DNA of 64,000 nt, taken from NCBI GenBank assembly GCA_036172245.1, contig JAYWIR010000012.1:1860001-1924000 (forward strand), written 5' to 3'. Below, piece after piece: positions 1 through 12,500 of the stretch (positions are counted from its first letter, which is position 1; every line of letters starts with the position of its first letter). Under the pieces are notes generated by a model that did not search any database, had not been told where the DNA came from, and was given only the letters and a program-made list of their open reading frames with translations. This stretch comes from Raillietiella orientalis (lineage: Eukaryota). Position numbers and translations under genes: made by a program.

Positions 1-1918
1 GACCAAAGTCCGAATTGACAAATATTGTCGGACTCCTCATCCTGTTGCTAGGGAGGATAGAACTGTAGCTCTATCCTTCAGAAGATGGACAGGAGTGTGG
101 AGCCAGAACTGGTGCCCCCTTGCTGACCACATGATAGGGGAAGAGACCGGTTGCGAGGAGTCAGGTTTCCTCCTAACCAGGCGACCGGAAATGGACGGAG
201 CCGTTGGGGTGAATCAGCTTCCCTCCTTGTTGGCGACCATATCATACGTCTCCTGCATCCCCCATGAACCTCATTTCCTCGGTCAATTCCTGGGAGCATC
301 CAATGATTGGCATCCCGGTTCATCTCTTCCTAGGAAGGACCTACCTTCAGAGGAAGAAAGCGAAGGTGCGTTGGCGCTCCCTGTTGAGGGAAAGAGAAGG
401 AATGAAATAGTAAAGGAGGAGGAGAGAAGGGGATGGAGAAAGGGAAGAAGAGGAAGGGGGTGGAGGAAAAGGAGACTCCACGTGTGGTCTCTTTCGCTGG
501 AGCGGACGGCACCGAGATAGGGAGGAGGCGGGGAAAGTCCACCCATTCCGACCATCACCTCAGACTACGCCGCTCCCCGAATTCCTCCGCATTTTTCTCC
601 GGTCCTTGGGAGGAGTCCGAGGAAGTCGCTGCCCGCCAGGACTCCCCCATCTTCTCTTCCGATCCTACCCAATCGCCTGCCTCACTCCAGACGTCCGGAC
701 TACCGTGAGGTGCCGCCGCTGCTGCCTCTTTGTGATGCCCTGGACACGCCTGTTCCACCCCCTGTGACGACTCCTTCCGGTGGTGGAAGTCGCGCCTCGA
801 CCGGATCCTTCCATTAGTGGTGGGGTCCGACAACACGGTCCGCTTCAGCGCCTCCGGAAGAGGCAGATCTACCTCCTTTCTTCAATCTGGGAAGCCAGGA
901 GTGAGCACCCATGGACACGAGTTATTGGGGCTGTCGTGTCTCTTCGGAAGGTTCCCCGGAGGAAGCACATTCCGAGCACAGATCACCCACATCCTCTCCT
1001 AAGGGGCGGGCCGTGCCCTGCCGGCAGGGACAGACCGGCTCCGCCGCGAAGAAAAACGTCGCCCCTGAGGGCAATCACAGACCCATCAACCTCCAAGGGA
1101 AGGAGCCTCCACCCTCCGTCCTTCTCTTTCCATTCTCCCTCTCCCTTTTCCTCCCGAACTCCTTGGAGCTGAATGCAAGAACGGCATCCAGCTTAGCGCG
1201 CATCCCCTTTAATGTTCGGCAGTGGCTGAGAGGGTGGGAGGCAGGAATGGTGGATCCCGAAAAGAGAGAATAGCAAGAAGATCGCATTCCGAGAGACCCC
1301 TGGAGCTGAGGGTCGGGTACGGATCCAGGAGAAGAGGGAGAAGCCCGAAGAAAATGGCCTGTCCGCCCCGGTCAGCATACGGTAGCCTCTATGGGGAGGG
1401 GGAGGAGAATAGCCTCCCTTCCCCACCCCTTGCATCCCCAAGGATCTTCCGAGGCGTCCAGATTCCCTTTCCACCTCTGGTGTCCGGGACTTGCGGCGCA
1501 GGCGGTAGAAGAAGGAGGGGAGGAGAGGTTCATCTACGACCTCTTGTCTCTTGCATCGTTGTGACATCTGTCCGCAAAGCTCAGAACTGACGCTCTTGCA
1601 AAGTCCTGTCGCTGCGGCGCTCACTTCGGCGACACCTGCGTTCGCACTCACGAATCCGCCCTCGCTGAGGCTGTTGGTGGGAAACGCACCCCCCTATATC
1701 ACACATACACACACCCCACGGCGCGACCGGCACTTTGCGATCGGTTCCCGGGCGACCTGGGCGTGAAGCGAAGTGATCCTCCTCCTCCCACCCCGAATGC
1801 GTATGTTTTGATGCGGGCGCGTGCTTGCGTGCCGCGCGACCTTATGCGCTACCCCGTGCACTTTCGAAGCACGCAACGAAGGCGAGGGGGCAGCAAGAGC
1901 GGTCGGCAGGTCCGTGCC

Positions 1919-1971
1919 ATGGGAGGAAGCGTTTCAGGAAGCACGCAGCCTCCTCCTCCGCCCGCTGCTCG
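1919..1971 (+). CDS. Candidate alternative/upstream first exon of the FLVCR gene (MGGSVSGSTQPPPPPAAR)
   Basis: ATG at 1919, strong donor CG|GTAAGA at 1972; phase 2 matches the acceptor at 4698. Confidence 0.4.
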
Positions 1972-3544
1972 GTAAGAAGATCCTGATCACCCACGGGAAG
2001 TCTGACCCTGGAGATACGAGGTGAGGAACGGCAGCTTAGCGGGAGGGAAACCGGAAGCCGGGCTCGGAGGGTTTGCGTCTCTGGACGGATACACCCGGAG
2101 GCTTCTCTTTTCGGCAAAGAAGGACCTTGGAAGGGACGCCGAGGTCGCCGGAGATTCGTCAGAACCTGCGTTTTCCGTGCGCATCGTCGATGAAGGCGCG
2201 CGACTCCCTCGAGCGGCCGCCTTGGGAGCGCGGCGGGCTCGGAGCTCAGGGGCGAGCCCTCCGATCCCTCACCGAGAGCCGCCGCCACGAGCGCCCGACC
2301 CCGATAGGTGGCGCAATCGCCGCCAGAAAGACGGGGGCCGAAGGTTCTGCCCACCTGGCGGCGTAGCTCGGAACCAGCGAAGCGCCCGTCTAGGGTGAAC
2401 CCAGCGTGCCAAAGCGGCGGTCGCCGCTGGAGCCGGCGGACCCCCAGGGTCGGACAGAGAAGTCCCCTCCGGCAACGCGCTGCGGAGGAAACGAGGAGTT
2501 CCGCCGCGTGTCTCCACTGTGCTGGGAGCTGCCTCCCATGCACGAGAGAGCGCACATCCACCCGCCCCCCTCCCACCGGACTCCAGAAGCGCCCCGTGGA
2601 CCTCCCCCCACGGAAGAAGAAAGTCATTCACCGGCAACCCCTGCGACCATGAAGAGACTGGCCGGGAGGTCGGCGCGCAGAGCCCTGTGGCAGCAACCCT
2701 TCCTGCGAGGGTCGGCAGCCGAGCTCTTCCTCGGTTTCGCCGACCTCCTTTGGGTCATTCAGGGGTTCCCATTCCTCCCAGCGCACGGACGCCTGAGAGC
2801 ATGCGTGCGGTTCAGGACTCCTCCTTCTCCCGTCTTCTTCCCTTCCTTTAGAGAGGAGAGGAGTGCCCCTCCTGCCTCCATCCCTTGGAGGCTGGTGGGT
2901 CCGTGATCGTCCTCAGGGATCGCGCTTTTCCTCGAGGAGGCGCTAGTCTGTTCCTCCTCGCCCAGAGGAGCTTCTGGGGTGCGCGAGTGCGCGCGCACGC
3001 CATCTCCTGGCCACGCCCCCCCCCCCCCCCCAACCGGCATGCACTCCGAACAGCGAGCGGGAATTCCCTACCTTCTCCTCCATCCATCAAGAACTCGCTC
3101 TGCACCGCGGTAAAAACGGAGGGCCTCCGCAGTAGGCGATCCCGGGAGGGGGAGATTACTCCACCTCTTCCCTGAGTCCCGCTCCCCTTCCCTGGGAAGG
3201 GTCCCTCCCTGTTGGCGGCGGACTCTCCCCGTCGTAGGAAGGGCGCTTCCGGTCTCGTCGAAAGGAAGGATGTCCCTCCTCTGGTTCGCTGATCGGAAGG
3301 GGAGACCTGGCCCTCTTGCCCTTGACCGCCTCCCCGCGGGGGGTCCGCGAGCGCGGCCAAGGACTGGCTGAATCCTCCACTGCCGAAGCGAGTGAGGAGG
3401 CGGCGGCGGCGCCAACGACAATCCAAAGGCGTGACGTCACTAGGGCGCTCTGCGCGCGCACACGCCGTCTCCTCGTCAGCCGCCTCCGCCGCAACATCGC
3501 GAGAGGCGCGGAGACGGCGCGCGAGGGTGGAACCATCTGGCCGG

Positions 3545-6500
3545 ATGGCAGCGGGGAAGGCGGGCGGCGTGGAGAGGTAAGCCGAAGTGTTCCTACACCA
3601 TTCCCGCGCCCCGAGGTCGCGGCGCGGACGGGTGCCCCCGCCCTGGACGGGGCCAGGGCCGGGGAAGGGGGAAGGAGGCCGAACGAGGGGTCCGCCCCTT
3701 ATGCGGGCATCAGGACGGAAGGGGAGGAGCGCCGCGCGTGTACGACGGCATAGGGCGAGCGGATGGGGGAGGGGACAGCACCGCTAGATCCCGTCCCTCT
3801 CCTTTCGAAGGAGGCGCGCCAGGGAGGAGCGCGGAGGGAGGGAGGTGGGCGAAGAAGAGGAGCGGAGGGCGGCCACCCTGGCGCAGGCGCCCTTCCTCCC
3901 TGCTCTGCTCGTGGACGTGAACGACGCGCCGACGGTTCTCCCGTTGGCCTCACTCCCGTCCCCGCCCCCTCGTCCTCCTCATCCTCCACCCCTTCCCGCC
4001 CTTCCCGCGGCACCGCCTCCGCTGCCGCCGCCGACGGAACAGGAGCCGGAAGCTGGGACGCTCGCGGGACCGGGAGGAGGCGGCGGCGGCGATCGATAGA
4101 CGCGTCGCGCGCTCTCGTTCCTCCTGGCTTCCCGTTGGTGTGAGGGAGAGGGGGAGAAGAGGGCTGGGGAGCTCCGGAGGCTTGGCGTCATGCCGGTCAC
4201 GCCGCCGTTCTGACCTTCTCCGCCGTTTCCTCTCGCAGGGTCACGAGGCGGTTGTGACACCTCCTTTCCTCCCCGCCTACCCGTGGTCACTCCGCGCAGC
4301 CCCTCCGCGGGCAAGATGGCGATCGAAACAGCGGGCGCAAGCAGCCATCGATCCTCCCGTCCTCCCTCCCCCCATCCCTTCCCCTCTCCTTTGCCGGGCG
4401 TCAGCTCCTCCTTCGATCCCGTCGGGCTATTTTTAGAAAATTCGGGGAAGTCGGCTACTGCTGCCTCCGCCGATCGCGTCCTCTCCCCTTTCCTCCCGCC
4501 GTCCTCATTCCCTGTCGCGGGGGAGGGAAAGCGGAAACGCCGGCGACCCCAGGGAAGGGGACGGGGGAGCCTAGAAGGGAGGAGATCGCCTCGGGCTAAC
4601 ACAAGCGCCTCCGTTCTTCGCATCGCTCCCCCATCCCCCGACCCACCTGCCCGCTGCCGCATCGGTCTCCTCCTCTGACCTCACGAGCGTCCTTTCAGTT
4701 CTCGAGGAAGGGAAGAGGAGGATAAGGAGGAGGAAGGAGAAGCCAACGCTGCGGGCGATCTCCCCTCCGGCACCGGCCCCCAGGTGAAGGCGGCCTCCAC
4801 GCTGTACCACCGCAGGTGGCTGATGCTGGCCCTCTTTATCCTGTACTCCGCAACCAACTCCTTCCAATGGCTCCAGTACTCCATCATCACCGACAGCGTG
4901 ACCTTATTCTACGGGGTCAGCACTCTCGCCGTGGACTGGACCTCCATCATCTACATGGTCACATACATCCCGCTCGTGTTCCTGTCTTCCTGGATCCTAG
5001 ACAAGAAGGTGAGCTCGCGCTCTCAGGGTCCCCTACGCTGCTTTTCGCGCCTCCGAGACGGATTCTTCGGCGATGCAAGGCGTGGTGCCTCCCCTTCGAG
5101 ATGGCGCCACGCCCGTGAGAAACCCTCGACGCTCTTCTCGTACGGCTGGATGGTGCCCGGCTACCGCGCGATTCTTCCTTTTCTACCCGTGACGTCAGTT
5201 GCCTCTACCTCCTCTGAGAAGGCGAGCATCGCGGGGGCCTTTCGAGAGGCGGCTGTCACGCTGCAGGCACTCGTCGCTGCCGTGATCCAGAGGCGTGCGC
5301 CTCCTCTTCATTCTGAATGGCCCCGGGTCGCGCTCTTAGGGCGGCGCAGGGTTGGCGGCGCGAAAGGAGGTGACCTGGCGCAGCGTGCGACTCCGTTGCG
5401 CACGCGCAGAAGGCTGCACTGGAAATGGAGCCATCAAAAACCGCATGGCGCCATTCTTTTCCCTTCTGCTCCGGAGGCTGGGACGGTGAATCGACGGCGC
5501 CCCCAGCGCCTCCTTCGGGGTTTTCCTGGGTACGCCTTCGCCCTCGTCGGAGGGGGCACCCTCTTCAGGGAGGATGGGCCGTCGAGTGGGGAGGTGGGAT
5601 GCGACGGCTGCGCCCTTGGCGGAGCGCCCGCAGCGCCAGATGTGCCTTTCGAGAGACATTGATGCCTGCATCTCCCACGCAGAATCTCAGGATATCAATT
5701 CTAATTGGCGCCTTTGGCACTGCTCTAGGAGCGTGGATCAAGTGCATCTCCGCCTCCCCGAACCTCTTTGCCGTCTCCTTCGTCGGTCAGACTGTGGTGG
5801 CCGTCTCCCAGATATTCATCCTCAGCGTTCCTCCGAAGCTCTCGTCCGTCTGGTTCGGCTCCAGGGAGGTGTCCACCGCCTGTGCCCTGGGGGTGCTCGG
5901 AAACCAGGTGAGAAGAGATGGGGGCTTCCAGCCGTCGCGGGCGCAACCCCATCTGGAGCGGAAGGCGGGCCGGCCCACCCACATCCCAAGAGACCGATGC
6001 CGTCCGCAGAGCCGAGGCGTGGGCGGCGGTCCCGGAAGGCAGGAGCTACAGCTCCAGTGGTCTTCCAGCGGAGGACCGCTGGTCTCAGAGCTCATGAGGC
6101 AGCGTCAGGACCCCTTGCCGCCGCCGCCGGCTGCTGCTCCCTGCATTCGCTCTTTTAGGGAAGCAGCGCGCCGTCATAGACGCTGCTCGCGAGCTCGAGG
6201 CGGACCGGCAGGGAGACCGTCCTCGAGAGCACTGCCCTCGGGATCCTCCACAGTGGGGTCAGCAGAATCGCTTTCTCCACTGGGCGGTAGGGATGCTGCC
6301 CGCAAGGAAATAGAGGAGCTCTCTCTTGACTTCGAAGGTGGTGCTCCATTTCTTCTTCCTCTCCCTCTCGCCCCAAGGACCGTAGTTACGGATCCTCCAG
6401 CAGCCCCTTGTGCTTCGTCCGGGAGACCCGCTGGCTCACTCGGACGGTCCCTGAGAACCTCGAAGCCTCCAAGGTCAACTCCCCCCCCCCCCCCCCACTC

Positions 6501-9500
6501 ACAGGGGTGCCCTTCAGCGGCATTCGTTCAGGACACCGCAGGTGGCCTTCCCGGAGGAACGCAGCCCAAAGCGCAGCCGACGGCGAGTCTCGAAGCAGCC
6601 ATCTTACCGCACCCACCTCTCCCCATCCTCCACTCCCACGAAAATGGCGCCTTCCCTCTCTAAGCGCCTGTTGGCTTGCCCGCCGGCGTGACCTCCCTGC
6701 GGAAACCACGACTCTCGAAAGTGTGTGGCGGCGCGCCGACCAGGGCGTCGCTTGGACGACGTCCTAGTCATTACGCCGGTGTACCTGGCCGGTGCCGATC
6801 TCCCCGAGCTCACGCCTTCCCGGAAGCTCACGAGGAGGAGGGATCCCCTCGTGCTGCCGCTGCCCCAGCGCTGCACAATGCTCCCTTCTGGTGCTGGCAG
6901 CGCTACTCCCGTGTCCGTGACAGGAACACCCCGCTCCGTTTCCTCCTCCTCGATCCGAGGACTACGCCCGTGGGAAGACGGCAATGGTCGCCTCGCGAGA
7001 CCTTTTCCAATCCTGTTTTAGCCTCCCCCCCTCTTCCAGCCCGAAGAGGCGCCGCCTTGTGGAGCACGCTCAAAGAAACCGTCCTTCCCGCGCGCTGACG
7101 AGGAAGGAAGGAGAAGGGGAGGAGAGGCTATGAGAAAGGTCTGCGATGGGACTATCCGTAGGGACCGTGGGACCCTCGCCGGCCGATCGCACGTACCCCT
7201 CGCATTCGCAACTTCTTCCATTGCCATGACTCTTCCCCCCCTTCTCGTGCGTTTCGGAGTTCGCGGTGCTGACTCACGAGAGGCTGCGCACGAAGGGGAT
7301 GGATTCCTTCCGCCGCGTAGATTTCACCCCCCTTACTCCGTCCTCAGCATCGTGTGATTCCAGGTGGGCATCGCTCTCGGCTTCCTCTTGCCACCTCTAC
7401 TCGTGCCGGATGAACCATCGGTAGAGAAGATTGGGCAAGGCCTGCTCATCCTGTACCTGGCGGTTGCCGCTGTATGCACCGTCTCCTTCCTCCTCATTTT
7501 GACAGGTATGCTCACAGCTCCCTCCTCCTCTCTTCCTTCCTTCCTCCTCCTTCTTGCTTCCTCCATTATTCTTTTTCCATCGTTCCTCCTCCTTCTCCCT
7601 TTTTCCAACTCCTCTTCTTCTCTTTTTCCTCCCTTCCTCCTCTTCGATTCTCCTCTTCCCTTTGCCATGGGTGTCGATAAGGAAAACATCAGCTAAGGTG
7701 TCCCCCCCTCCCATCCTGTTTTCCAGTTTTTCTGTTTTCTATCTCTCCCCATTCTTTTCCGTGTGCCCTTTATTTTTAAGTATTTCTCTCCCCCCCCCTC
7801 CTTCGATGGGCGCAGGTGCTGGCGGCGTCTGGACATCGAGTCTGGACAGGTCCCGTGCACTTCGTCCAGCGTAGCGGACCCCCTGCGCACGGCAGGAGGA
7901 GACGGCTGGGGCGGGGAACGAGGGGAGGCGTGCAGATTCCAGCGGCGCGGCGGTGGGACGCTCGTCCCGTGCCAGCTGCCCACCCTGGTCCCGACTGTGG
8001 ACGCCTCCGATGCAGACCGGAGGCCTTCCGGTCTGCATTGTCCATCTCGCTGGTCCCGTCATCGGTGGCCCGAGAGCGACGGCTGCACCCCGCTTGAGAC
8101 ATTTCGAGCTCCTCCTAATACTCTCGGAAACGGTCTTGGGCTAGCGCGCTCCCCTTCATCCCTTTCTGGACACTGCAGCCCCTTGTCACGTTCGGGACGG
8201 GGTCGGGTGGGGAAGTTTCCTCCCCCAGAGAGCGCCAAAAGTTTCCTGGACCCTACAGAACCCGTCCCATGCCTCCGCGATCCCACGAACACTCCGAGCT
8301 CGCCGCCCTCGAGCCTTCGATCTTCACTCTCTCCGGATGCCGTTCCTAGCGGTTCTCGAGCCCGCATCCCCGGACCTTCCTCCCGTTCCAGTCTCCCTTC
8401 GGGGAGAGAGTCTCCAGTCGCCTCATCCTCGAGGCAACTGTTCAAGAGGAGGAGCCGGCGAGAAGCCTCCGCGGAAGAGGAGAGTCCTGGAGATCGGGCC
8501 GGCGGCGGCGGCCGCACAGTGACGGGCACGAAAACAGGGGAGGAGTGGAAGAGGAGGAAGATGGATCCACCCCCCTTTTTCTCCCTCTTCCTCCCCAAGT
8601 CCAGGAGGGTATGAGCGAGCACGCGCCTTGAGTACTTTCTATTGAGACGAGCGGCGGAAGACAATCAGAAGGTCGCATGACGGCGCTACCGCGACGACTG
8701 TGCTCCACGCACGCGCATAGAGCTGTGGATGAGTGGATGGCCGCCGTCTCCCAGGTCCTCTCCCCCCTCGCCCCCCGCACGGGGATCACTCAGTCGCCCG
8801 GCAACCCGCGAAGGGTGGGTTCGCTTCTGGGGCGGTAGCTCCCCTCCAGGAACCGAAGTTCCATGCCGCTCATAGGATGCTCTCCAGTCTTCCAGGACCA
8901 CCCTCCGTCGCCTCCCAGCCTGTCCCAGGCTTTCCGCGAAAGCACCCACGGGGAGGAGGAGGCGGCGTTCTGCGCGTCGATGCATCGCTTCGCGACCAAC
9001 CGGAGTTTCATGGTCCTGCTGGTCACCTACGGGCTCAACGTGGGCGTCTTCTATGCGGTGTCCACCTTCCTGGGTCAGCTGATCAACGAAAACTTCCAGG
9101 TAAACGCCCTTTGCGCGCCACCCCTCCACCCTCCAAGAGCCCTTTCCTCGTCCTCGATGTCCCCTTCCCCTTCACGATCTGCGAGGAACTCGGGCAGGAG
9201 AGCAGTTCGCTGGATCAGGAACGGGGGAGGAGATCGCTCCTCCTCTCTGGATGAGTGCGCCTTCCTCCCTCCCGGTCTAGATCGGAGTCTCTCCGCGCCT
9301 GTCCCTTCCCTTTCTCACTGTTCTACTGCCACGACGCTTCGGCCCCATTCCAGCACAGCAGCGCTGACGCAGGACGCATGGGGCTGTGCATGGTCGTCTC
9401 CGGAGTGGTAGGTTCCATCCTGGGAGGCGTCATCCTGGACAAAACGCACTGGTACAAGTAAGGTGGGGGTTGAGGGGTCTTGCCCTCCGGCACCGCCCTC

Positions 9501-12500
9501 CTCCCGTAGAGAGACCACCCTGGCCGTGTATTTCATGTCCCTCTGCTGGATGCTGGCCTACACCTTCGTCCTGCACTTGGAAAAGATCTGGCTCGTGTAC
9601 CTGGCCATCGTGTGCCTGGGGTAAGCCTTCCCCGCGCCCGTTCCAACCCGTTTTCCGCGGAGGGGCCTACCGGAGGTGTGCCATATCCTTCACTTCCCCC
9701 TCCCCTTTTTTCGTCTCCGACACGCAGAGGTTGCGAGTTGCGCAGGCACGTCGGTACCATCGGTCTCTTAGAGACCAGGGAGCGTTTTCCGGTCTGTACA
9801 GTGGAGAGAACGGAGCCCTCCCTACCTTCGCTGAGAAGTCAGTCGTCTTTCGGATGCTGGATGACACCCACCGCAGATCAGCACCGCCATACGACCGCAG
9901 TAGCCCCGAAGGCGGCGCGAACCGTCACCATCCGCCGCCGATGCTTTCCGGAATCTCCCGCGTCCATCCGCACGGGGAGTTGCCCTCTCTCTGCCCTTTT
10001 CCGCCCACGATCCAAGGGGTCCTTCCTCGTCTCACCCGCGAAGAAGGAGGCCTCGTTCGCGTCTTCCCCGAGGGCGGGGACCACCCGGCCTCCGGAAGTT
10101 TCGCCTTGCGACTCACCCGAACCAGTTGCTTTTGCGAATCCTCCGGAACAGTGGCGTCGCTGGCACCCGCCCTCCACCTCTCTGCCGGCTCCTCTCCCGT
10201 GATGAGCGTCGCGGGGAAGCGCGCAGAAGGGTTCGAGGAATCCTGGCCGGCAGACGGCGGGCAAGGAGAAGCTACCATTGTCTTCGCTCTCTCTTCATCC
10301 TGTTAGCGATGGCGGTGATGGGATGCTGAAGTCCCCCGGACTACGGGAGATATGATGAGGGGACGAGATCCCATATAGCATCTCCGAGCCGAGCCCGGCT
10401 GCACGGAGAGGTTTCAGGAAGAAACTGCGACGCGGCGTTTCCCCGGCGACTCCCGAGCCGCATTGGGCCGGCCCGCTCGGGATCCGAGACTGAAGACGCC
10501 TGACGCGCCCCGTGGCGTCTTCGCTGCTAGAAGGCAGCTCGTGGCTGTCGTGGAGCAGCTCCCAGGCTGGCGTCCTCCCGATGAGGCCGGCCGGTCAGTC
10601 GCCGAACCGGCGCACACGTCGGAACCCGAAGGCCTCCTCCGCACTCGCATTGCGCAGGCGGTCAGAGCTCGGAAAGTAGTCGCATCGCATAGGGGAACGA
10701 CGTGTGGGGATGCAAGGGGAACTGAATGAGGGAAAGGGGAGTCAAAGCGTAGAAAGGAGTGGCCAGCTCCTCAGTGATCGTATACCTTTTTCTAAAAACG
10801 TTGCCTGTACCAGTTGCCAGACGGGCCCCGCGGACTGCATGGAAACACTGGTTGGCAACGCGGACGACGGTTGAACCTCCGCCTCCTTCCCCCAGGGAAA
10901 ATGGCAAGCGATCTGGCACATCTGCTTTCAAAGCACGCGGGCTCACTCCGAGATTACTGAAAGTCGACGGGATTCGGAGAGCAAGTGGGTCTGTCAAGAT
11001 ACTTGAGAGAGAGGACATTGTTTGTTGTTGTTGTTTGCTGGTTTTTTTCCTTTGAGTCGGGAAATTCGTGCTTGAGAGCTGTGAAAGCGGAAAAGAAGTC
11101 TCTTCAGTCTCCTCTTCAGCCTTCATCCCCCACAACATAATTCGCAAGGATGGTGGATCCAACTTTGACCTCAATGGAGGCGGACAGGCACGTGTTTCTA
11201 CCAGACCAAAAGCCCTCCCGAATTGGCTATCATTAGATGGGATCGAGAAGAGATTCGATCGACGATCGTTCCAGATCAGCAATAGGATCACGAAAACCCT
11301 TTTGTGTCGTCGGCGTTCCAGGTGATCCTCGTCTCACTGATTGCGGACGAGCGAGAGCGCGTTCACGTGCTTGGAGAGACGATCGTTCTGCTCTTAAAGA
11401 TAAAAATGCAAGCAGGAAGAAGGGCAAAACGCCGTCGTTGTAAACGGTCAAGCCTCGCCTTGGTGCTGATCCGAGACGAGTGCCCAAGAGACAACTCTTC
11501 CCTACAGGGAAGGGTTCGTCTTCCGTCTAAAAAGCATCGCGATGGGGGGCGGGCATTCCCGAAAACTCCAGAAGACTTCCAAAAGAGGGAAACAGAGAAG
11601 GGGGATATGAAAGCGCAAGGTTCCTCCTTGCAGAGCAGAAAGCCTCGCAGTACGAAAGAATTCCACGTCTTCGTCGAGGAACCTTTCGAGCGGGCATGCA
11701 GGAGGAGAGACTGCGCTCTCGCAGGACTCCAGGAGCTAACGGCCCTCTCCGTTTCTCCCTGTTTGTCTGCACGTTCTCGATTGTCGTTCCGGAAGAGAGA
11801 AGGCGAACGAGAAAGATGAGCCGGGAGTGACAGTTTTCGCAGCATCAGACGTGAGATCCGGAGCACCGTGACCTGAAGGGCATTTCTGTGTGGGATTCGA
11901 TCCCGCAAGCGTTGCCATCGTCAGGGAGGGAAAGGGAGTGAAAGAAACATGGCGACTCTGATCTCGAGGGGTAAACGGAGGACCAGTTTCGAGGGAAAAC
12001 TCTCAGCACTGTGCTGGAGGGCCGGTTCTCGAGCTTAAATTGAGCCGGTACAGGAAAGATGAAACTCACTTCATCGGGATGAACACTGGACCGAACCCGT
12101 TCCGGTGCGCCAGGCTTCGGACACAGACGTGACCATGGTCACGGAAGTTCCAGGTGCCCGCAAGAAGCAAAACCTCGTCGGAACTCAGGCAAAACTGTAC
12201 TGCGTTTGCAGAAGAAGGGATTCTCGCAATCCAGCCAAACGAAACCCGTGAACGCAGTTGCGCAGCAGCGGCAGTGGCAGCTAGAAAATTCTCTACGCGC
12301 TCTCCAGGATCTGACAGAACTCTTCGACGAGTGCTTGGTTTCACTTCTGTTCCCTGGGTGAGGGGGGGGGGAGAAGTCCACAGCAAAGGATCCGCTGCGA
12401 TCATGACACCATGTAATGGGAACCTCGCGTAGCGGAGCTCTTTTTCCCCTTGCCCTTTCTCCGAAGTGTTCTTGCGATTGCACGGAAATGGATCGTATAA

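Noticed and set aside
1..1700. Hepatitis-delta/viroid-like element (rod-like, purine-rich)
   Set aside because: No delta-antigen-like ORF or ribozyme recognised; the same architecture is seen in ordinary introns here.
11888..11916. tRNA T-arm-like GGGATTCGATCCC followed by CCA
   Set aside because: Loop geometry non-canonical; no acceptor stem, D arm or anticodon arm.
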